Positions 1 through 7,126 of a DNA stretch of 32,929 bases are shown one piece after another. The DNA comes from Acidobacteriota bacterium (lineage in GTDB: Bacteria; Acidobacteriota; Terriglobia; Acidiferrales; 2-02-FULL-67-57). A program made the position numbers and the translations under genes. The stretch covers positions 1 to 32,929 of the forward strand of contig JACPRL010000160.1 of assembly GCA_016189965.1 (NCBI GenBank), read 5' to 3'. Position 1 is the stretch's first letter. Each line of letters starts with the position of its first letter. The notes under the pieces are model-generated. The model was not told the origin of the DNA. It made no database searches and saw only the letters and a list, made by a program, of their open reading frames with translations.

Positions 1-126
1 CAACTAGCCTATCGGCTGACCGGCAAGCCGGTCCGCGTGCCGCCGCCGCTGCTGCGCCACTACCCCGAGCTGGAGCGCATCGCCGACCGCGCCGGCACCA
101 CGCCCCTGTTGTTCCCCCCCGGCTAG
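1..126 (+). CDS. 3' end of an unidentified protein gene, truncated by the window edge (…QLAYRLTGKPVRVPPPLLRHYPELERIADRAGTTPLLFPPG*)
   Basis: Frame 1 is open from the window edge to TAG at 124-126. Third codon positions are almost all G/C, as in the confident genes here. No recognisable motif. Confidence 0.5.
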   Translation, partial: QLAYRLTGKPVRVPPPLLRHYPELERIADRAGTTPLLFPPG

Positions 127-341
127 GTCCACGTTATTTCTACGCACTTCCCATCCTGGAGAGGAACGGTGATGACATTCCCTTTTATAGTGAACTTCTT
201 GGGAAGGCGAATGGTAATCCGGCTCCTCCCTACTTTTGCATCTCTGTCCAAGTCAGACCAGGGCCTCGGGCCATGCTTGTCGTCAACGAGGAAATTCAGC
301 CAGCAGCTTCCACCGCCACCAATCGCTCCGTTGCCACCCAT
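123..341 (-). CDS. small hypothetical protein, 72 aa (Gly-rich N-terminus, beta-rich C-terminus)
   Basis: ATG at 341 is preceded by AGGAGG (353-348) with a 6-nt spacer. The ORF lies 72 nt downstream of the kinase stop on the same strand. The region is visibly less GC-rich and uses AGA/AGG/ATA/GTA codons. No recognisable family. Confidence 0.5.
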   Translation of the reverse strand: MGGNGAIGGGGSCWLNFLVDDKHGPRPWSDLDRDAKVGRSRITIRLPKKFTIKGNVITVPLQDGKCVEITWT

Positions 342-413
342 GGTTCACCTCCTGTGCTCAATCGTGCATCCACAGTTTCGAATTTCCCTAGGGTCTGCCG
401 AGAAAAAAGTTTT

Positions 414-3400
414 CTAGCGCAAAAGAACGCGAATCTCGGAGCGCCGGGCGAAGCTTTCGCGATGAGCTGGGCTCAGCGTTGCCTGCAACTGGCGAACCGC
501 TGCCTGCCCTTCCTGGTAGGCAGCGGCGGCTTCTTGGCTCTTCCCCAGGCCTTCGAGGGCTCGGCTGCGCAGGTAAAGCGCCTGCGCGCGCAGTTCCAGT
601 CCCAGGTCGTCCCCCCCGAAGGCGTTGATTTCATCCAGAGCTTCCAGGGCGTTGCCCTGCTGCCCTTGCAGAAGCTGGATACGAGCCACGTTAATCAGAG
701 CTCGGGCCAGGGTGTGCACCCATCGCAACTGGCGCGCCCGCTCAACCGGCTGCCGACAGAGAGCCAAGCCGCCGGCCAGATTCCCCCGCTCCGCTTCCAG
801 CAGACCCAGATTCGACCTAGCCTCCATGCTGAGGTCGGAGACATGCGGGTCCTTCCACAAGGAGGAGGCCTGCTGGAAACTCTCTCGCGCCCGTTCCCGC
901 GCATCCCTCTCCCGGTAGAGTTCCCCCGAGGCGTTGAGGGCGTCCGGCAGCAGTTCCCCAAAGCCGTTTTTCTTCACGGCTTCGAAGCCTTCCTGGAGCA
1001 AGCGGCGAGCTTGCGCCGCGTCGCCCAAGCGGTGATAGGTCCATCCCAGGTGGATCTGAGAATCCGCCCGGCGAAAATGATCCTGAGCGTCTTCCGCCAA
1101 ACTCAAGGCCTCTGTGTACAACGCCCGCGCCTGCTCGTATTGGTTCTGCGCGAAATAGCAACGGCCCAGCATGTAGAGGGCGTAGGCCCGCCCTTCCTTG
1201 TCCTGGATGCTGGCGTAGAGAGTTTGCGCCTTCTGGAAGTAGTCTACACTCTGGCTGTAGCGGCCGGCGTTCATGTGAAAGAGACCCAGCACAGCGGTAG
1301 CGCGGGCCTCCCACCAACTATTCCCCATCATCTGGAAAACGAGGAGAGCCTCCTGGACCAACTGCTGGCCGCGCTCGGAGTCGGGACCGTAGGCGATGAG
1401 GATGCTGCCCAGATTGCTCAAGGCCATGGCGCGGCCGCGCAGCGCCGGCCAGTCCTTGTACTCTCCGTAGAGTTGCCCCTGGGATAGACTCCGCTCGTAG
1501 TACTCCACCGCTTTGGCCAGCTCGCCTTCCCGGTGATACGTGACGCCGGTGTTCATCAGGGCCAGCACCACCCAGCGGTTGTTGCGGATTTCGCTGCTGG
1601 CGGAGAGAACTTGCTGGTAGTAGCGGCGCGCCTCGCGGTAGTTGCCCTCCGAAAAGCGGATGTCGCCCAGCAGCTTGCTGGCGCGCACGACGCCATACTC
1701 ATGCTTCAACTTTTGCGACAGCTCCAGGGAGGACTGCGCGCCGCGGCTGGCCTGCGCGTAGTCGCTCTGGAGCCGATAGACCTCGCCCAGCACCGCCAGA
1801 GCGCTGGCCTCGCCCTCCTGGTTCCCCAAAGCCTGGTATCGGCTCAGGGCTTTCTGGGCGTGCGGCAAGGCTTGGGGCAGATTGTCGGTCCGGGTGTAGA
1901 GGACTCCGAGCTCCTGATCCACCAAGATGTAGTTGGGGTCAAGCCGCAGGGCCCCCTGGTAGCTGGCAATGGCTTTGGGATACTGCCCCTGCTTCTCGTA
2001 CACCTCGGCCAAACGCACGTGCCAGACGGCTTCGTCCGGGTACAATCGGATCAACTCCAGATATTTCTGTTCGGCCGCGGAATAGTCGTAGCGTCTCTCC
2101 GCCAGGTTGGCTTCGATGAAATAGGCATCGCCGAGCGGTGTGTCCGGCTTGATGAGTTGCGCAGCTTTTTGAGACAGCTCACGGGCTTTGTCGTCGTAGC
2201 CCAGGATCCCATGGATTTGGCCCATCCAGGCGTAGGCCAGGGCGAACTGGGGGTCTTCCTTGACCACCTGTTGGAAGGACTCCAGGGCCTGGGCGTACTG
2301 TCCCTGGGCGAAGGCTGTGCGGCCCGCGTTCAAGTGCAGCGCGGCAACGGCTGTTTTCGGACGGCTGCCGGGCGGGCGGGGCCGGTAGTCCTCTCCCCCG
2401 CTAGCGTCTTTGAAGTGTTTCTCGATCTGATCGGTCAACTCCCCCAGCATGCCGTGCAAGGTGTCCTCCGGCGTGCGGGCGACTAGACGCTCGACCTTCA
2501 CCGCTCCCCGCGTCTCCCCCGAGTGGGCGTAACGGAACTCCGCCGACAACCGCAACGTGCTGCCGAGCGAATGCATGCTTGGCACAATCACGAACTGAGC
2601 ATTGCTGTAAACCCCGAGGCTCTGAATCGCCTCCGCGCTGGAGACATCCACGCCCTGCTCCTCGAGACCTTGGGTGATTTCCAACAGCCTTTCGTACGGG
2701 AAGACATGAATATTGGGCGAACCGGTCAAATCGAGCAGGAGCATGTGAGTTAGGGGGAGCCGATACTTTTCCAGTTGTTCGTCGCCGGTGTTGTTGGCGA
2801 AGGGCGCCACAGCCACGCGAATCCGCTCTGCTGCGGGCCGCGGCCAAAACTTCCACGCCGCCCCCGCCGCCAGCAGCACAGCAAGCACCGCCACGACTGC
2901 GGCGGCCAGCACCCAGCGGCGGCGTGGCCGCGGGTGGGGGAGCAGCCGCGGGGCGGGGGCCAGGGTGAGGCCGCGCTCGAGGGCGCGCAGGTCAACCAGT
3001 AGGTCGGCGGCGGTGGCGTAGCGGTCGGCGGGGTTCTTCTCCAGCATCTTGGCGACGATGCGGTCGAGGTCGGGGGACACCGGCGAGTTGAGCGCGGAAG
3101 GGGGCGTAGGCGTTTCGTGCTGGATGCGGTCGCTGGTGACGAGCGGGCTCGAGGCGCGGAACGGATGCCGGCCGGTGAGCGCCTCGTAGAAAACCACGCC
3201 GAGGGAAAAAATGTCGGCGCGCTCGTCGGCCTCCTGCTCCTGCAGAACTTCGGGGGCGGCGTAGGCCAGGGTGCCGCTGAAGCCGGTGTAACCGGTGTCG
3301 ATGCTTTCCGTGGGGGCGGTGTCGCGGGCGCGAGGCAGGAGTTTGGCCACGCCGAAGTCAAGAACCTTCACCTGGCCGCCCGTGGTGACCATGATGTTTT

Positions 3401-3851
3401 CCGGCTTGATGTCGCCGTGGGCGATGCCTTGGCCGTGTGCCGCCACCAACGCGGCGGCGCATTGCAGGGCGATGGGGAGGAAGGCGTCCACGGCGAGCGG
3501 CTCTCCGAGGCGCTGGCGCAGCGTCTGCCCTTCGACGTACTCCATCACCAGAAAGATTTCGCCCTTCTCTTCCAAGACGTCGTAGACGCCGGCGATGTGG
3601 TCGTAGCTGAGGGAGGAGGCGCGCTGGGCCTCCTTGAGGAAGCGGCGCCGGTAGTGCTCCAGGGTGCCGATCTGCGGGGCGATGCGCTTGAGGGCGACCG
3701 GGCGCTTGAGCTTGGTGTCGTCGGCGCGGTAGACCTCGCCCATGCCGCCTGCGCCCAGCCGGGCGCGGACGGCGAAGCGGCCGACCGTCGTCCCTGTCAA
3801 GTCCTGCAGCGCAGCAGCTGCGCTTGCGGGTTGTGGTTGGGGTTCCGCCAC
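414..3851 (-). CDS. membrane Ser/Thr protein kinase with a periplasmic TolB_N-like module and a long TPR repeat sensor region (1145 aa)
   Basis: Hanks kinase motifs are present: GAGGMGEVYRA, VALK, HGDIKPENIM, DFG, APE. One TM segment (WVLAAAVVAVLAVLLAAGAAW). It is followed by IRVAVAPFANNTGD…, then about 600 aa of TPR-like repeats (many A..Y/L..G…P motifs). Confidence 0.9.
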   Translation of the reverse strand: MAEPQPQPASAAAALQDLTGTTVGRFAVRARLGAGGMGEVYRADDTKLKRPVALKRIAPQIGTLEHYRRRFLKEAQRASSLSYDHIAGVYDVLEEKGEIFLVMEYVEGQTLRQRLGEPLAVDAFLPIALQCAAALVAAHGQGIAHGDIKPENIMVTTGGQVKVLDFGVAKLLPRARDTAPTESIDTGYTGFSGTLAYAAPEVLQEQEADERADIFSLGVVFYEALTGRHPFRASSPLVTSDRIQHETPTPPSALNSPVSPDLDRIVAKMLEKNPADRYATAADLLVDLRALERGLTLAPAPRLLPHPRPRRRWVLAAAVVAVLAVLLAAGAAWKFWPRPAAERIRVAVAPFANNTGDEQLEKYRLPLTHMLLLDLTGSPNIHVFPYERLLEITQGLEEQGVDVSSAEAIQSLGVYSNAQFVIVPSMHSLGSTLRLSAEFRYAHSGETRGAVKVERLVARTPEDTLHGMLGELTDQIEKHFKDASGGEDYRPRPPGSRPKTAVAALHLNAGRTAFAQGQYAQALESFQQVVKEDPQFALAYAWMGQIHGILGYDDKARELSQKAAQLIKPDTPLGDAYFIEANLAERRYDYSAAEQKYLELIRLYPDEAVWHVRLAEVYEKQGQYPKAIASYQGALRLDPNYILVDQELGVLYTRTDNLPQALPHAQKALSRYQALGNQEGEASALAVLGEVYRLQSDYAQASRGAQSSLELSQKLKHEYGVVRASKLLGDIRFSEGNYREARRYYQQVLSASSEIRNNRWVVLALMNTGVTYHREGELAKAVEYYERSLSQGQLYGEYKDWPALRGRAMALSNLGSILIAYGPDSERGQQLVQEALLVFQMMGNSWWEARATAVLGLFHMNAGRYSQSVDYFQKAQTLYASIQDKEGRAYALYMLGRCYFAQNQYEQARALYTEALSLAEDAQDHFRRADSQIHLGWTYHRLGDAAQARRLLQEGFEAVKKNGFGELLPDALNASGELYRERDARERARESFQQASSLWKDPHVSDLSMEARSNLGLLEAERGNLAGGLALCRQPVERARQLRWVHTLARALINVARIQLLQGQQGNALEALDEINAFGGDDLGLELRAQALYLRSRALEGLGKSQEAAAAYQEGQAAVRQLQATLSPAHRESFARRSEIRVLLR

Positions 3852-3925
3852 GATGCCTCGCCGGGGCCCACCACCGAAGTTACTGCCGGAAGCTCCGTGG
3901 CAACCGTGCAGTCAGTCAGGCTGTT

Positions 3926-4037
3926 GGCTGGTGCCGTTCCAACTCTTCGCGCCTGATTCCCATCGGCAAGATTGCGCATTCACGCGCTTCTTCTTGCTCA
4001 CCGGAGATGGCGCCAATCACTTGGAACGGCACTGGCT
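3926..4037 (+). repeat. long-range inverted repeat (12 bp perfect; 17 bp with G-U pairs if transcribed from the + strand) enclosing 78 nt
   Basis: GTGCCGTTCCAA (3931-3942) is the exact reverse complement of TTGGAACGGCAC (4021-4032). Pairing extends to 3926/4037 through G-T, T-G, C-G, G-C and G-T pairs. It lies in a ~260-nt lower-GC non-coding stretch upstream of the kinase. Confidence 0.4.
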
Positions 4038-4114
4038 CCCCGCAGCTCGGTTGGGCTCTCCCGTTGGGCGAATCATACCCCTGCGGGGGCAGGAGAACAA
4101 GCAAAACAGAGGGT

Positions 4115-4127
4115 TGGCGTCCCCGGC
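4115..4127 (-). other. displaced copy of the tRNA-Glu 3' end plus CCA (GCCGGGGACG-CCA on the minus strand)
   Basis: The + strand TGGCGTCCCCGGC at 4115-4127 repeats CGTCCCCGGC, which is the 3'-terminal 10 nt of the tRNA at 4241-4250. It adds the CCA that the tRNA gene itself lacks. Confidence 0.5.
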
Positions 4128-4240
4128 CCGTTCGACAAGCTCCCTTCGACTCTGCCTGCCTGGGGCAGGCAGGCTCCCTTCGACTACGCTCAGGGCAAGC
4201 AGGGCAGGCAGGACACGAGGAGGCAAAGGAAAAACGTTTT
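4128..4240 (+). repeat. 113-nt composite block of interspersed repeat units and a 9-bp-stem hairpin, between the tRNA-Glu body and its displaced 3' end
   Basis: GCTCCCTTCGACT occurs at 4139-4151 and again at 4173-4185, flanking the hairpin CTGCCTGCC-tgg-GGCAGGCAG (4152-4172). It is followed by ACGCTCAGGGCAAGC (4186-4200) and ends in the palindrome AAAACGTTTT (4231-4240). Confidence 0.6.
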
Positions 4241-4317
4241 CGTCCCCGGCGGGATTTGAACCACGCGTCTTCCCACAGAAAGCGGGACGTCCTGGGCCAC
4301 GGCTAGACGACGGGGAC
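4241..4317 (-). tRNA. tRNA-Glu (anticodon UUC), atypical; no encoded CCA
   Basis: Minus strand: GTCCCCG TC GTCT AGCCGTGGCCCA GGAC G TCCCG CTTTCTG TGGGA AGAC GCGTGG TTCAAAT CCCGC CGGGGAC G. It has a 7-bp acceptor stem, a TTC anticodon and a canonical T-loop. Irregularities are an extra T in the 5' T-stem strand, a pyrimidine at position 37 and a 12-nt D-loop. Confidence 0.6.
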
Positions 4318-4323
4318 AGGTTG

Positions 4324-4353
4324 AATGTAGCGGCAGGTTGCTGGAACTGTCAA
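4324..4353 (-). promoter_or_regulatory. sigma70-type promoter for tRNA-Glu (TTGACA-18-TACATT)
   Basis: On the minus strand, TTGACA is at 4353-4348, followed by an 18-nt spacer and TACATT at 4329-4324. Six nt separate the -10 from the tRNA 5' G at 4317. Confidence 0.5.
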
Positions 4354-5021
4354 ACGAGAGAGGTTGGGTCTTTTGTAGCAGGTGTCGGGCGCGACCCGCG
4401 GCTCGCGACCCGCGACCCGCGAAAGAGACGCGAGGCGATGAACTCTTGCAAGGCGGGCGGCAGGAGGCGCTCGGGCCAGACGACGAAGACGGGTCGGGCG
4501 GCGAGCGGCTTGAGCGAGACGTCGTCCCAAGTGGGCGCGGCGGGGGGCGGCGCCAAGACGACGTAGGCGTCAGCGCGGTCGAGGAACTCGCGGGCGGAGT
4601 CCTTGAAGTCGGGGTTGGAGAAGTCGAGCACGGGCAGGTAGAGGTCGGGGCGGAGGAAGTGGAGCACGCTATTGCTTTCCATCACCACGTTGCGGGCGCC
4701 GGCGAGCCGGGCGCGCACCGCCGGCATCGCCTCGGCCAGCCGGCCCTGCTTGGTGCGCACCCAGAGCGAGCGCTGCGCCCCGGCGACGAGGAAGCGGGAG
4801 GTGTCGGTGCGGCCGCTCGCGTCGTGTTCTTCTTCGAGGGCGAAGGTGTGCTCGTCGACGGCGCAGTCGCAGCTCTCGCCGTTGAGCGAGCAGATGCCGT
4901 GGCCGAACTGGGTGATTTTCACCGCCGTCCACGCCGCCGCGGGGAAGGCGCGAATGATTTCCACCGCCAGTTGCGTCTTGCCGATGTTGCGCGTGTGCCC
5001 GCCGATGACGATGAGTGCCAC
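4350..5021 (-). CDS. P-loop NTPase, MobB-like (molybdopterin-guanine dinucleotide biosynthesis adapter-like), 223 aa
   Basis: N-terminal Walker A-like motif (MALIVIGGHTRNIGKT), high GC3 and overall MobB-like order. It carries a Cys cluster (GHGICSLNGESCDCAV) and a low-complexity Arg/Ser tail encoded by CGCGACCCG repeats (about 4389-4420). The functional assignment is tentative. Confidence 0.6.
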   Translation of the reverse strand: MALIVIGGHTRNIGKTQLAVEIIRAFPAAAWTAVKITQFGHGICSLNGESCDCAVDEHTFALEEEHDASGRTDTSRFLVAGAQRSLWVRTKQGRLAEAMPAVRARLAGARNVVMESNSVLHFLRPDLYLPVLDFSNPDFKDSAREFLDRADAYVVLAPPPAAPTWDDVSLKPLAARPVFVVWPERLLPPALQEFIASRLFRGSRVASRGSRPTPATKDPTSLV

Positions 5022-5144
5022 AGGGTCACCTCTTGCAACTGCCCTATTATGCGCTCAGCGGAGAGTCACCTCAACCATGACCCCGTGGATTAGCAGCCCA
5101 CAGCCGTGCTATAAGGACAGCAATCCGCTGCGTGGGAGGAAGTC

Positions 5145-5963
5145 ATGGCTATTGTCTCCGTTGGGTCTGTGGTTTCCCTCTGGCGGTATCCGGTCAAGTC
5201 AATGATGGGAGAGGAGCTGAACGCTGGCGAGGTCACGCCCCGTGGGCTGCTGGGGGATCGCGCCTATGCCCTCGTGGACCCCTCTACCGGCAAGGTCGCG
5301 AGCGTCAAAAATCCGCGGAAGTGGGGGAGGCTGTTCGAGTGCCGGGCCACATTCGTCGAAGCTCCGCGCGGCGGTGGGAGACTTCCCCCGGTCCGCATCA
5401 CTCTGCCGGATGGCAAGGTAGTCACGACCGAGCAGGGCGATCTCAACCAAATCCTTTCCACCGTCCTCGGCCGCCAGGTGACATTTGCGACAACGGCACC
5501 GCAGGCGCCCAGCCTCGAAGAGTACTGGCCGGATATTGACGGCCTCGCCCACCGCGAAATAATCACCGATGAGGCCATGCCGTCCGGCACGTTCTTCGAC
5601 TGTGCAGTTATTCACATACTGACAACGGCAACGATAGACCGGCTTCGGGAGCTGTATCCGCCAGGACGGTTTGAGGTCCGCCGATTTCGTCCCAACATCG
5701 TGGTGGAGGTCGCGTCCGACGAGAAGGGGTTCGTTGAGAATGCCTGGATCGGCCGCACGGTCGCCATTGGGGACGAGGTGCAATTTAGTGTCACCGGCCC
5801 CTGTCCCCGCTGCGTGATGACTACCTGGCCTCAAGGGGACCTGCCTAAAGATCCCGGCATCCTGCGGGCGGCGGCGCAGCACAACCAAGCCAATGTCGGG
5901 GTCTATGCTTCTGTCGTTCGAGGCGGAACGATTCGCCGCGGTGACTCTGTCAGGCTTGAGTAG
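5145..5963 (+). CDS. MOSC domain-containing protein (MOSC_N beta-barrel + MOSC), 272 aa
   Basis: SLWRYPVKSM…G at the N-terminus and the conserved Cys motif VTGPCPRCVMTT near the C-terminus. RBS GGGAGGAAG sits upstream of the ATG. Confidence 0.9.
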   Translation: MAIVSVGSVVSLWRYPVKSMMGEELNAGEVTPRGLLGDRAYALVDPSTGKVASVKNPRKWGRLFECRATFVEAPRGGGRLPPVRITLPDGKVVTTEQGDLNQILSTVLGRQVTFATTAPQAPSLEEYWPDIDGLAHREIITDEAMPSGTFFDCAVIHILTTATIDRLRELYPPGRFEVRRFRPNIVVEVASDEKGFVENAWIGRTVAIGDEVQFSVTGPCPRCVMTTWPQGDLPKDPGILRAAAQHNQANVGVYASVVRGGTIRRGDSVRLE

Positions 5964-6012
5964 CTCCAGGTCGATGGCTCGGGGCTCAGCCGAAAACGTA
6001 GCTCGGAGTTGG

Positions 6013-7032
6013 CTATTTGCCGCTGAGTTTGCGCTCCAGGGCGGCGAGGCGCTGGGCCAGCTCGGGCAGGCGAGCGAGGTAGGGGTAAGTCTTCTTGAAC
6101 TCGGCCAGCGGGCGCGCCGGCGTGCCCCAGACGACCTGGCCGCGGCGAATGATTTTGTTCGAGGGGACGCCGGCCTGCCCGGCGAGGATGGCGCCGTCTT
6201 CGATGCGGACGTGGTCGGCGATGCCAACCTGGCCGCCGAGGATGACGCGGTCGCCGACGGTGACGCTGCCGGAGATGCCGGTCTGCGCTTCGACGATGCC
6301 GTGCTCGCCGAGGCGGACGTTGTGGCCAACGTGGACGAGGTTGTCGAGCTTGGTGCCCCGGCCGATGCGGGTCTCCTCCAGCGCGCCGCGGTCAATCGTC
6401 ACGTTGGCGCCGATTTCGACGTCGTCTTCGATGACCACGGTGCCGCGCTGGGGAAACTTCTCCCAACCGGCCTCGGTGGGGACGTAGCCGAAGCCGTCGC
6501 TGCCGATGACGGCGCCGCTGTGGATGCGGACGCGCTGGCCGATGCGCACGTTGCGATAGACGGTGACGCGAGGAAACAGCACGGTGTCGTCGCCCAACTC
6601 GACCCCGGCGCCGAGGGTGCAGCCGGCGCCGAGCTGGCAGCGGCGGCCGACCTGCGCATGCTCTTCGACGACCACGTAGGGGCCGAGGGCGACGTCGTCG
6701 GCCAGACGCGCGCTGGGGTGGACGACAGCGGTCGGGTGGCGCCCGGTGACGAGGGGGGGCTCGGGCAGCAGCCAGGCCACCGCGCGGGCAAAGGCGCGCT
6801 TGGGCTGAGCGACGCGGATGAAGGTTTTGCCGCGCACGAATACGTCCGTGCCGACCAGGACGACGCTGGCGGCGGAGGCGACCGCCTCCGGCAGCCATTT
6901 CTCCGACTCGACGTAGACCAGGTCGCCCGCCTCGGCGCGCGCCGGGCTGGCGACGCCGCGAATGGTGACCGAGGGGTCGCCCATCAGCTCCCCTTCCAGA
7001 TAGGCAGCTAACTCACCGGCGGTCTTGGCCAT
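6013..7032 (-). CDS. lpxD: UDP-3-O-acylglucosamine N-acyltransferase
   Basis: LpxD-type N-terminal domain ([37 protein letters not shown]). It is followed by a long left-handed beta-helix of hexapeptide repeats (…[33 protein letters not shown]…). Confidence 0.9.
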   Translation of the reverse strand: MAKTAGELAAYLEGELMGDPSVTIRGVASPARAEAGDLVYVESEKWLPEAVASAASVVLVGTDVFVRGKTFIRVAQPKRAFARAVAWLLPEPPLVTGRHPTAVVHPSARLADDVALGPYVVVEEHAQVGRRCQLGAGCTLGAGVELGDDTVLFPRVTVYRNVRIGQRVRIHSGAVIGSDGFGYVPTEAGWEKFPQRGTVVIEDDVEIGANVTIDRGALEETRIGRGTKLDNLVHVGHNVRLGEHGIVEAQTGISGSVTVGDRVILGGQVGIADHVRIEDGAILAGQAGVPSNKIIRRGQVVWGTPARPLAEFKKTYPYLARLPELAQRLAALERKLSGK

Positions 7033-7080
7033 GGCAGTCCTCCTCTCGACGCCTGCGCGTGCGACTTTTCTTCCGGCGCG

Positions 7081-7093
7081 CGCCAGTATAATG
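7081..7093 (+). promoter_or_regulatory. -10 element shared by the divergent lpxD/lpxA pair (TATAAT on +, TATACT on -)
   Basis: CGCCAGTATAATG; TATAAT at 7087-7092 lies 34 nt upstream of the lpxA GTG. It is the only AT-rich island in the 94-nt divergent intergenic region. The same 13-mer recurs at 13714-13726 on the minus strand. Confidence 0.4.
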
Positions 7094-7126
7094 TAGGCCG
7101 CTCGCCGGGCACGAGAGGAGTCACGA

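Noticed and set aside
273-2486. Long + strand ORFs (273-1487, 404 aa; 1533-2486, 317 aa) opposite the TPR kinase
   Set aside because: They are antisense to a CDS with unmistakable kinase and TPR motifs. The translations are low-complexity and Arg/Ala/Gly/Pro/Leu-rich, the usual shadow ORFs of GC-rich genomes.
3797-4306. Small ORFs in the kinase-tRNA gap (3797-3979, 3824-4306, 3916-4104, 3972-4259, 4017-4226)
   Set aside because: They have poor GC3 compared with real genes and no RBS. Several read straight through the repeat block and the tRNA (for example PFDYAQGK and LRLRSGQAG, which are repeat translations).
4241-4317. A genomic island or prophage integrated at the tRNA-Glu or tRNA-Ser
   Set aside because: There is no integrase, phage or mobility gene anywhere in the window. 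The duplicated tRNA 3' end is only 113 nt away. The genes flanking both tRNAs look like ordinary chromosomal genes with uniform composition.
4381-4420. CGCGACCCG x3 micro-repeat at the 3' end of the MobB-like gene
   Set aside because: It is short low-complexity sequence that encodes the Arg/Ser-rich tail. I see no evidence that it is more than slippage-prone sequence or that it alters the reading frame.
5199-7011. ORFs 5199-6395 (-) 398 aa and 5893-7011 (+) 372 aa
   Set aside because: They are antisense or overlapping with the MOSC and lpxD genes. Their composition is dominated by Ala/Arg/Ser/Asp runs with no motifs.
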